A stretch of DNA of 64,000 nt from an uncultured Acidobacteriota bacterium. Lineage in GTDB: Bacteria; Acidobacteriota; Vicinamibacteria; Fen-336. The notes under the pieces were generated by a model. The model did not search any database. It saw nothing but the letters and a program-made list of their open reading frames with translations, and was not told the origin of the DNA. Numbering within the stretch: position 1 is the first letter of the stretch; every line of letters begins with the position of its first letter. The stretch lies in the NCBI GenBank assembly GCA_963720545.1, contig OY970399.1, positions 2,368,001 through 2,432,000 on the forward strand, read 5' to 3'. Made by a program: the position numbers and the translations under genes. This document shows, piece by piece, positions 9,442 to 16,785 of the stretch.

Positions 9442-11169
9442 TTGCTCGGCGCGCTGCTGCTCGCGGGCGTCGTGCTGGCACCAGCGGCCGATTCGGCGCT
9501 GAGCATCAAGCCTTGCGAATGGCCGGGCGTCAACGGCAAGGCGCGCTGCGGCACCTTCCGTGTTTTCGAGGATCGGGAGGCGAAGCAGGGTCGCACGCTC
9601 GAACTTGGCTTCGTCATTCTCGATGCCACCGCGCCGACGCACGCTCCCGACGCGTTCGTCTTCATCAACGGCGGTCCGGGCGGGGCCAGCACCAATGCGG
9701 CGGCGGGCCTTGCGATGATGATGGGCGAGGTGCGTGAGAAGCGGGACATGCTGTTTCTCGACCTGCGCGGCACCGGGCTCTCGGGTGCCCTCAAATGCCC
9801 GCTGTACGGCGATCCCCTCGACCTTGACAAGGTTCTCGGCGACTACTTTCCGGTTGCGGCGGTGCAGGAGTGCCGCAAGGCGCTCGAAGTGCGCGCCGAC
9901 CTGACGAAGTACACCACCGAAGCGTCGGTCGACGATCTCGACGACCTGCGCGCAGCGCTTGGCTACTCGCAACTCGATCTCTACGGCGGTTCCTACGGCA
10001 GCCGCGTGGCGCTCGTGTACATGCGCCGTCATCCCCAGCACGTGCGTGCCGCTGTCCTGCACGGCGTCGTGCCCACGCAGGTGCCGTTGCCGCTGCGCTT
10101 TGCCCGTGACGCCCAGGCCGCACTCGACGGCGTCCTCGGCGAGTGCGCGGCTGAAGGCTCCTGCAACGCCGCATTCCCGGCGCTGCGCGCCGAGCTTGCT
10201 CAGGTTCTCGCGACCGTGCAAAAGGCGCCGGTCACCGCCACCGTGATGCATCCCGTGACCGGCACGGTGGCCACGGTCTCGCTTGGATACGATCTCACGG
10301 CCGAAGCCTTGCGCCAGATGCTCTACGAGCCGTCCAGCTCATCGACCATTCCCCTGGTCGTGCACGAGGCGGCGGCGGGTCGATGGACCCGCCTTGCCGA
10401 AGCTGCGATCGCCGCGCGGCGCAGCCTCATCGGCGGCGATGTCGCCCAGGGGCTCTACCTCTCCGTCACCTGCGCGGAGGACCTGCCCTTCATCGAAACG
10501 GGCGCGGGGGAGGCTGCCGCGCGCGGCACGTTCCTCGGCGACTACCGCCTGCAGCAGCAGCGGCGCGCGTGCTCCTTCTGGCCCCGCGGGCAGGCGAGCG
10601 CCTCGTTCCGCGAGCCGGTGCAATCCAACCTGCCGGTGCTGACATTCTCGGGCCAATGGGATCCGGTGACGCCGCCTTCACAAGCCGCTGAAGCCTTGCG
10701 CACGCTGCCGCACGGCGTCGCGGCGGTGGTTCCGAGCGGCGGCCATGTCTTCATGGGCCTGACGAACGCCGACTGCGGCGAGCACCTGATCGCTTCCTTC
10801 GTCGCGGCCGGTAGCGCCGACCGGCTCGACATGGGTTGCCTCGCCACCATGCATCGCCCGCCGTTTCCGACGTCGCTGCCCGACCTGACGCCGGTTGTCC
10901 TGTCGGAGGCCGCGCTGCAGCGGCTGGCGGGCCACTACGCGGATCCAAAGTCGGGGTTTGCCGCCGAGGTGGCGCTCGCGAACGGCGCGCTGCAGGTGAG
11001 CATCCCGCAGCAGCCGCCGGTGCGCCTCGTGCCCGTTGGCGGCAACCGTCTGCGCTGCGTCGACGACCCCGCGATGACCGTGCGCTTCGACGAAGAAGCC
11101 GGCGCAGTTACCGGGCTTTCGATCGAACTGGGCGGCGCCGTCGTCATGGCGTTGCCGCGCGCCAATTGA
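9442..11169 (+). CDS. Alpha/beta hydrolase (tripeptidyl aminopeptidase/TAP-like) with extra C-terminal domain
   Basis: GGPG, DLRGTG, GGSYG nucleophile elbow, DPVTP, GGH; TTG start and signal peptide. Confidence 0.88.
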   Translation: MLGALLLAGVVLAPAADSALSIKPCEWPGVNGKARCGTFRVFEDREAKQGRTLELGFVILDATAPTHAPDAFVFINGGPGGASTNAAAGLAMMMGEVREKRDMLFLDLRGTGLSGALKCPLYGDPLDLDKVLGDYFPVAAVQECRKALEVRADLTKYTTEASVDDLDDLRAALGYSQLDLYGGSYGSRVALVYMRRHPQHVRAAVLHGVVPTQVPLPLRFARDAQAALDGVLGECAAEGSCNAAFPALRAELAQVLATVQKAPVTATVMHPVTGTVATVSLGYDLTAEALRQMLYEPSSSSTIPLVVHEAAAGRWTRLAEAAIAARRSLIGGDVAQGLYLSVTCAEDLPFIETGAGEAAARGTFLGDYRLQQQRRACSFWPRGQASASFREPVQSNLPVLTFSGQWDPVTPPSQAAEALRTLPHGVAAVVPSGGHVFMGLTNADCGEHLIASFVAAGSADRLDMGCLATMHRPPFPTSLPDLTPVVLSEAALQRLAGHYADPKSGFAAEVALANGALQVSIPQQPPVRLVPVGGNRLRCVDDPAMTVRFDEEAGAVTGLSIELGGAVVMALPRAN

Positions 11170-11173
11170 TCCG

Positions 11174-12178
11174 TTACTCGCGCTGACCTCGCCACAGCCG
11201 GTCGTAGGCCGACCACTCGGCGTCGGTCGTGGTCCACTCGGCATAGAGCGCGACGCCCTCGAAGGTGCCGCCGCCGCCGACGCCGCGTAATCCAGCGACA
11301 ATCCCGAGCAGCGCGTTGTCGAGCGTTTCGACGTCCTTGCGGTGCATGATGCCGCGCGCCTCGTAGGTGGGCACGCCCATCAGCACCCTGGCCCCCGTGC
11401 GGTCGGCCGGCAGCGCCGTGGTCGTGGATTTCGCCGCGTACGCGAGATACCGGCGGTAGAGCATTGCGGTGGGCAGGGCGGTGTCGTACGCCATAACCAC
11501 CAGCTGGTCGGCTGCGGCCGCCACCCTGGCGTAGTACCCGGTCGTCCACAGGAAATTGGGTGCGAACGGCAGAGCGAATGGTCCCGGCCGCGTCGCCGAC
11601 ACCGACAGGATCGCCTGCTCGCCGATCGCCGCCTTCAGCGCGCGCAACAGCGCGATGTAGTCGTCGTTGCCGTTGTCGATCGGCTCGATGTTGAGGTGCA
11701 CGCCGTCGAAGCCTTCGTCGATGAGCCCGCGGCACTCGGTGACGAGCATCTGGCGCTGCAGCATGTTGCCAAGATCGATGGTGCCGGGGCGCTGGCGCTT
11801 GTAGCCGACGCGCAGGCCGCCGACCCACGGCACGATGCGCATCTGCGGCGCCACCTCGCGCGCCGTCTGCAGGAAGGCGCGCAGCTGCTGGCGGTCGTGC
11901 GGCGGCAGCCGCCCGTTCGCATCGAAGGGAATGATGTGCGGGAAGACGTATTGCACGCCGCGCTCGTGCAGGCCGCGGAACAGCGCTGCCATGTCGTCGG
12001 CCGTCTGCGTCTTCTCGAGCCACTTGTGCTCGAGCCAGGTGGCGTTGCGGTCGTGGTTGAAGGGATGGGGCGCCGCATCCCCGGAAGGCGATACCGACAG
12101 GTAGATGAAGAGGACGAGCGCCACGACCGCGGCGGTGATCAGGGAGATCCGCAGCAGCCGGGCCAGCAGGCGCCTCAT
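11174..12178 (-). CDS. Membrane-anchored GH18-like TIM-barrel protein
   Basis: N-terminal TM helix; GFDGVHLNIEP, VMAYD, MGVPTY, GVALYAEW resemble GH18 motifs. Confidence 0.7.
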   Translation of the reverse strand: MRRLLARLLRISLITAAVVALVLFIYLSVSPSGDAAPHPFNHDRNATWLEHKWLEKTQTADDMAALFRGLHERGVQYVFPHIIPFDANGRLPPHDRQQLRAFLQTAREVAPQMRIVPWVGGLRVGYKRQRPGTIDLGNMLQRQMLVTECRGLIDEGFDGVHLNIEPIDNGNDDYIALLRALKAAIGEQAILSVSATRPGPFALPFAPNFLWTTGYYARVAAAADQLVVMAYDTALPTAMLYRRYLAYAAKSTTTALPADRTGARVLMGVPTYEARGIMHRKDVETLDNALLGIVAGLRGVGGGGTFEGVALYAEWTTTDAEWSAYDRLWRGQRE

Positions 12179-12549
12179 GTCTGGTCGCCGCCAAGGAGCA
12201 GGACCAGCGCCGCCGCGTGGCGGCGCGAGTGCGTGAGGCTCACGATCGGCCGGCCGCCGAGGCGCTCGAGCGCCGCGCGCGCCGCACCGTGCATCTGCAG
12301 CTGCGGGGCGCGGCCTGGCTGGCGCACCACCTCGATCTCGAGCAGCGACTGTCCCGCGCCGAGCAGGCTGGTGGCGGCGAGCTTGGCGGCATACCGCGCG
12401 GCCAGCCGGCGAGCCGGGTCGCTCTTGGCGTGGGCGAAATCCCACTCGCCCGCGGTGAACACTTCGCGGCCACGCCCGGCGGCGAGGATCGCCTCGACCG
12501 CCGCGATGGCGACGATCTCGAGCGCGCGGCGCATCCCCGGTGCGGACAT
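12175..12549 (-). CDS. AcpS-like 4'-phosphopantetheinyl transferase, atypical active site
   Basis: FTAGE, LAARYAAK, EIEV...GRAP, VSLTHS...AAALV; 124 aa. Confidence 0.75.
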   Translation of the reverse strand: MSAPGMRRALEIVAIAAVEAILAAGRGREVFTAGEWDFAHAKSDPARRLAARYAAKLAATSLLGAGQSLLEIEVVRQPGRAPQLQMHGAARAALERLGGRPIVSLTHSRRHAAALVLLLGGDQT

Positions 12550-12588
12550 GGCGAGAGTGTACTAGGCGGATCGCGTACGATCGTGCTG

Positions 12589-13287
12589 GTGAGAAACTCG
12601 CGGCGGCGCATCGCGGCATTCGATGCCGTGCCCGGCCTGGTCCACGGATTCGACCCCGGCGGCCATCCCATTCCAGCGAGCCGTGACGAGGAGCGCACGC
12701 GGCTCGCAGCGCGGCTGCTGCCGCACGGCCGGCTCAACCTGCTGGCGCAGGTGCACGGCGCGGTGGTGCAGGATGCACCGTGGGAGGGCCGGCCGCAGGG
12801 CGATGCGTCGTTTGCGGCTCGGCCTGGCGAACTGCTCGGCATCGAATCGGCCGACTGCCAGCCCGTCTTCATCGTCGACGTGCGGGCGGGCCGTGTTGCT
12901 GCGGCGCACGCCGGATGGCGCGGCACGGTGGCGCGGGTGGCGGCGGCGGCTCTGTCACGGCTGGTCGCTGCCGGCTCGGATCCGCGCGACCTCATCGCCG
13001 GCCTCGGCCCGGCGATCGGCGCGTGCTGCTACGAAGTCGGCGACGAGGTGGTGGCTGCGTTCGGCGCCGGCAGCGAGCGCTTCTTTTCGCCGGGGAAGGG
13101 AGAACGCCCCCATCTCGACGTGCGCGCGGCGAACGTGGCGCAGCTCGTCGCCGGCGGCATCGCCGCGGAGCGCATCCATCACATCCTCGACTGCACGCGC
13201 TGCGGCGCCGGCTTTCCTTCCTATCGCCGCGACGGCGGCAGCGCCGGGCGCATCCTCAGCTACGCGGGCTTCGCGCGCCAGGCCTAG
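12589..13287 (+). CDS. pgeF: PgeF/YfiH laccase-domain purine nucleoside phosphorylase
   Basis: QVHG, ADCQPV, AHAGWRG, GPAIGACCYEVG, SYRR; GTG start inferred from TACGAT 7 nt upstream. Confidence 0.9.
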   Translation: MRNSRRRIAAFDAVPGLVHGFDPGGHPIPASRDEERTRLAARLLPHGRLNLLAQVHGAVVQDAPWEGRPQGDASFAARPGELLGIESADCQPVFIVDVRAGRVAAAHAGWRGTVARVAAAALSRLVAAGSDPRDLIAGLGPAIGACCYEVGDEVVAAFGAGSERFFSPGKGERPHLDVRAANVAQLVAGGIAAERIHHILDCTRCGAGFPSYRRDGGSAGRILSYAGFARQA

Positions 13288-13703
13288 GGCTCGGCGCCGT
13301 CCAGCGCCTGGTTCGCGAGCGCGTCCGCTTCCTTGTTCTGTTCGCGCCGCACGTGGCGCAGCGAGGCGCTCTCGAACTGGCGCATCAGGCCCCGGGCCTC
13401 GCGAAACAGCGGCACCATGTTGGGGTGCTTCACCTTGAAGCGCCCCGCCATCTGCTCGACGACCAGCAGCGAGTCGGAGAAGACCGCCACGCGCCGTGCG
13501 CCGTGGTCGAGCGCGTAGCGCAGCGCGTTGATGAGCGCGTGGTACTCGGCAACGTTGTTGGTGGTGTGGCCGAGGCAGCCGCACAGGCCGGCGACGGTGG
13601 TGCCGTCGGGCCGCGCCACGTGCACGCCCCAGGACGCCTTGCCGGGGTTGCCGCGCGAGGCGCCGTCGATGTGGATGCGCAGCTCGGGAGGGGCGGCGGT
13701 CAT
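13284..13703 (-). CDS. rnhA: Ribonuclease HI (archaeal/actinobacterial-like)
   Basis: DGASRGNPG, TNNVAEY, DSLLVVEQ, HVRREQNKEADALAN. Confidence 0.93.
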   Translation of the reverse strand: MTAAPPELRIHIDGASRGNPGKASWGVHVARPDGTTVAGLCGCLGHTTNNVAEYHALINALRYALDHGARRVAVFSDSLLVVEQMAGRFKVKHPNMVPLFREARGLMRQFESASLRHVRREQNKEADALANQALDGAEP

Positions 13704-14449
13704 TTCCCGCTGGTTGCGGGAGCGGCGACCGGCGCGGGCGCTTCGGCTTCTATGTAATAAAGGATGCGGTTGCACGACGGGCACTGCATGACGACGTCGT
13801 CGTGCATCTTGAGGTCGACGAACATCTGCGGCCGCAGCTTCACGCGGCAGGCGCTGCACGCACCGTCCTTGGCCTCGCTGATGCCGCTGCCGCGGTGGCG
13901 GGAGATGCGGGTGAAGAGCTCGAGCAGCGACTCGGGCACCGTGGCTGCGGCCGCCGTGCGCTCGCCGCGAAGCGCCGCGGCGCGCTCGCCAAGCGCCCTG
14001 GCCTGGGCGTCGAGCTTCGCGGCCTCGGCCTTGCCCTCGTCCTCATGGCCCTTGAAGGTCGCTTCCTCGGCGCGGACCGCCGCGGCCCGGCTTTCGGCCG
14101 ATTCCATGTCGACGAGGATCTTGTCCTCGACCCCGCGGATCTCGCGCTCGACCCCTTCAATTTCGTGGAGGACGGCCGTGTATTCCTTGTTGGTCTTCAC
14201 GTCCATCAACTGGCCCTTGTACTTGGCCCTCTTGGTCTCGAAATCCTGAAGGCTCGCCTCGAGGGCCCGCCGGCTCTTCTGGCTCTCGGCCAGGGACTCG
14301 CGGGCGGCATCCAGGGCCCGGCGCTCGTCGGCGACGCGCTTTTCAAGCGCCTGCTTTGCCCTGGGAATCTCGGCCAACTGGGCCTCATTGGCCCGCTGGT
14401 CGCTCTCGACACGCTGGAGGAGGACGAGCTTTGCGAGGTCGGCGTTCAT
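13700..14449 (-). CDS. Coiled-coil protein with C4-type zinc ribbon (DUF164/CT398-like)
   Basis: Long coiled coil with NKEY; CSAC...CPSCNRIL; ATGA overlap with rnhA. Confidence 0.9.
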   Translation of the reverse strand: MNADLAKLVLLQRVESDQRANEAQLAEIPRAKQALEKRVADERRALDAARESLAESQKSRRALEASLQDFETKRAKYKGQLMDVKTNKEYTAVLHEIEGVEREIRGVEDKILVDMESAESRAAAVRAEEATFKGHEDEGKAEAAKLDAQARALGERAAALRGERTAAAATVPESLLELFTRISRHRGSGISEAKDGACSACRVKLRPQMFVDLKMHDDVVMQCPSCNRILYYIEAEAPAPVAAPATSGK

Positions 14450-14464
14450 GAAGCGAAGATCCGA

Positions 14465-14473
14465 ATCTTAGCA
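14465..14473 (-). promoter_or_regulatory. Extended -10 element (TGCTAAGAT) for the zinc-ribbon/rnhA operon
   Basis: TGnTAnnnT match 15 nt upstream of ATG 14449. Confidence 0.5.
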
Positions 14474-14636
14474 CTCGGGGCCGATTTTGCTGTTTTTTGG
14501 AATGGACAGCCGCCTGCGCGGCGTTACAATTTCCGGGCGTTCCGAAAAGCCGTTAGCCGCTCGCCGCGCGTACTCATATGGGAAAGCGGCTGTTGGACGC
14601 TCGTCTTGGGACAGAACCTTAAGGAGTCGATAATCC

Positions 14637-14987
14637 ATGGAACGTCGCGAATTCAGCAAGATCATGGGCGCAGTTGTCGGCGGCATGGTTGCGGGCTCGA
14701 AGTTGGCCCCTTCCGTCTTTGCCGGCGACGAGCATGCGAAGCACACCTGTAAAGGCAAGAACGAATGTAAGGGCCAGGGCGGATGCAAGACTGGCGACGG
14801 CGGATGCGCCGGGAAGAATTCCTGCAAGGGCAAGGGTGGCTGCGCCACGACTGCCAAGCACGATTGCAAGGGCAAGAACGACTGCAAGGGCCAGGGCGGA
14901 TGCTCCACCGGCGACGGCGGCTGCGCCGGCAAGAACTCTTGCAAGGGCAAGGGCGGCTGCGCGGTTCCGGCGAAGAAGAAGGAGTAG
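14637..14987 (+). CDS. Cys/Gly/Lys-rich RiPP precursor with Tat signal (bufferin BufA2-like metallophore candidate)
   Basis: AAGGAG RBS; MERREF twin-Arg motif, hydrophobic stretch, VFA cleavage site; 12 Cys in four CxGKNxCKGxGGC units; directly upstream of DUF692. Confidence 0.88.
   Translation: MERREFSKIMGAVVGGMVAGSKLAPSVFAGDEHAKHTCKGKNECKGQGGCKTGDGGCAGKNSCKGKGGCATTAKHDCKGKNDCKGQGGCSTGDGGCAGKNSCKGKGGCAVPAKKKE
14736..14969 (+). repeat. Two tandem 117-bp (39-aa) repeats in the precursor gene
   Basis: AKHTCKGKNECKGQGGCKTGDGGCAGKNSCKGKGGCATT versus AKHDCKGKNDCKGQGGCSTGDGGCAGKNSCKGKGGCAVP. Confidence 0.92.
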
Positions 14988-15000
14988 TTTCTACACCTTC

Positions 15001-15062
15001 GGCGGAAGGTCGGCGCCGGCGCTCCTCACGGGTGCCGGCCGGGCCTTCCGCCTTTTCTTTTT
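15001..15062 (+). terminator. Intrinsic terminator-like hairpin between precursor and MNIO genes
   Basis: GGCGGAAGG...CCTTCCGCC outer stem, GCCGGCGC/GTGCCGGC inner stem, then TTTTCTTTTT. Confidence 0.75.
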
Positions 15063-15063
15063 C

Positions 15064-15921
15064 ATGACGAATCGCTTCGCCTTTCGCGATCTTGGCGTCG
15101 GCATCGGCCTGCGCACCGCCCATTTCGCGCACATCCTCGCGAAGTGGCCGAAGGTCGACTGGTTCGAGGTTCTCTCGGAGAACTTCATGGACACAGGCGG
15201 CCGCCCCTTGCAGGTGCTCGACGAGGTGGCCGAGCGCTATCCGGTGGTGCTGCACGGCGTCAGCCTCGGCATCGGCAACACCGATCCGCTGAACCGCGAC
15301 TACCTGCGCAAGCTCAAGAACCTGGCCACGCGCACCAGGGCGCATTGGGTCTCCGACCACCTCTGCTGGACCGGCATCCTCGGCCGCAACACCCACGACC
15401 TGCTGCCGATGCCGTATACCGAAGACGCGCTGGCGCACACCACCGAGCGCGCGCGCGCCGTCAGCGACATCCTCGAGCGGCCGCTGGTGCTCGAGAACCC
15501 CTCGTCCTATGTGGAGTTCGCCGGCTCCTCGATGCCGGAGTGGGAATTCCTGGCGCGCCTCGCCGAAGACGCGAACTGCGGGCTGCTCCTCGACGTGAAC
15601 AACGTCTACGTCAGCTCGTTCAACCACCGTTTCGACCCGCGCACCTACATCGACGCGATCCCCGCCGACCGGGTGGTGCAGTACCACCTCGCGGGCCACA
15701 CCAACAAGGGCACGCACATCCTCGACACGCACTCCGATCACGCCGTGCCCGAGGTGTGGGAGCTGTATCGCCGCGCGTGGGCGCGCACCGGCCGCACTTC
15801 GACCCTCTACGAGTGGGACGAGAACATCCCGCAGTTCGACGTGGTCCACCGGGAAGCCCTGAAGGCGCGCGAGTTCCAGACAGCACCCGTGCCGCAAGCC
15901 GCGGACGCCATCACCGCGTGA
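15064..15921 (+). CDS. DUF692 multinuclear non-heme iron oxidative enzyme (MNIO)
   Basis: GIGLR, WFEVLSENF, LHGVSL, SDHLCW, LENPS, LLDVNN, HLAGH, DTH, EWD. Confidence 0.95.
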   Translation: MTNRFAFRDLGVGIGLRTAHFAHILAKWPKVDWFEVLSENFMDTGGRPLQVLDEVAERYPVVLHGVSLGIGNTDPLNRDYLRKLKNLATRTRAHWVSDHLCWTGILGRNTHDLLPMPYTEDALAHTTERARAVSDILERPLVLENPSSYVEFAGSSMPEWEFLARLAEDANCGLLLDVNNVYVSSFNHRFDPRTYIDAIPADRVVQYHLAGHTNKGTHILDTHSDHAVPEVWELYRRAWARTGRTSTLYEWDENIPQFDVVHREALKAREFQTAPVPQAADAITA

Positions 15922-16739
15922 GCGGGGGCGAGGCCCGGGACGGGCAGCCGCGCGCCGCGCTCGCCGATCTCCAGCGCTGGTTCCAGTCGGCCGTGGTTGC
16001 CGCCGAACCGCCGCAGGATGCCGAGGCAGCGCGGGTGATCCTGCCGTCGCCGACGCTGCGCGCCGCGGAACGGCTGGCGATCTATCACGGCATGTACCCG
16101 CTGCGCATGCACGACGCGCTCGCGAGCGACTACCCGGCACTGCAGCATTTCCTCGGCGACCACGGCTTCGAACACTTCGTCGCCGACTACGTGGAGCAGT
16201 TCCCGTCGCGCGCCTACACCCTGAACCGGCTCGGCGACCATGTGCCCGAATTCATCGCCGCATCGAGCACCTTGCAAAAGCGCGACTTCCTCCACGACCT
16301 CGCGCGCCTCGAACTCGCCATCACGGAAGTGTTCGATGCCGAGGAAGTCGCGACCCTCGGCACCGCCGAGATCGAGGCGCTGCCGCCCGAAGCCTGGGAG
16401 TCGGCGCGCCTGCAGGCGGTGCCGGCCTTTCGCCTGCTGGCGCTGCGCTATCCCGTGAACGACTACCTGCAGTCGGTGAAAGACGACAACCACGACCATC
16501 CGAAGACGAAGCGCAAGGACACCTGGGTCGCGATCCATCGCCGCGCCTACTCGATGTACCGTCTCGACCTGGTGCGGCCGGCATACGACCTGCTCAGGGA
16601 CATCACCGGCGGCGCCACGCTCGGCGAGGCGCTCGACCACGCCCTGGCCCGCCGCGGCCGCAACAAGCCGTCGGCCGAAGAACTGTCCGGCTGGTTCCGG
16701 GACTGGGTCGGTGGCGGCATCTTCCGCGCGGCATCGTAG
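15918..16739 (+). CDS. DUF2063 MNIO partner (RiPP-recognition) protein
   Basis: LADLQRWF, RLAIY...L...YP, DLARLE; GTGA overlap with the MNIO gene. Confidence 0.88.
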   Translation: MSGGEARDGQPRAALADLQRWFQSAVVAAEPPQDAEAARVILPSPTLRAAERLAIYHGMYPLRMHDALASDYPALQHFLGDHGFEHFVADYVEQFPSRAYTLNRLGDHVPEFIAASSTLQKRDFLHDLARLELAITEVFDAEEVATLGTAEIEALPPEAWESARLQAVPAFRLLALRYPVNDYLQSVKDDNHDHPKTKRKDTWVAIHRRAYSMYRLDLVRPAYDLLRDITGGATLGEALDHALARRGRNKPSAEELSGWFRDWVGGGIFRAAS

Positions 16740-16785
16740 GCCTGCGGTGCGGGCAAATGCCCGCCCCTTCGCTTACGCTTTCGAG

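Noticed and set aside
9439..9444. In-frame TAG-abutting junctions (also ccmF/ccmG at 43709 and mutS2/dnaG at 32641) suggesting amber readthrough
   Set aside because: Each downstream gene has its own start codon and normal N-terminus; no pyrrolysine or suppressor genes are in the window
14468..14494. TTAGCACTC, the left half of a CIRCE element
   Set aside because: The right arm GAGTGCTAA is absent; better explained as a minus-strand extended -10 (TGCTAAGAT)
14468..14950. Antisense repetitive ORF (PLQEFLPAQPP...)
   Set aside because: Mirror of the precursor repeats; the plus strand has the RBS, signal peptide and operon context
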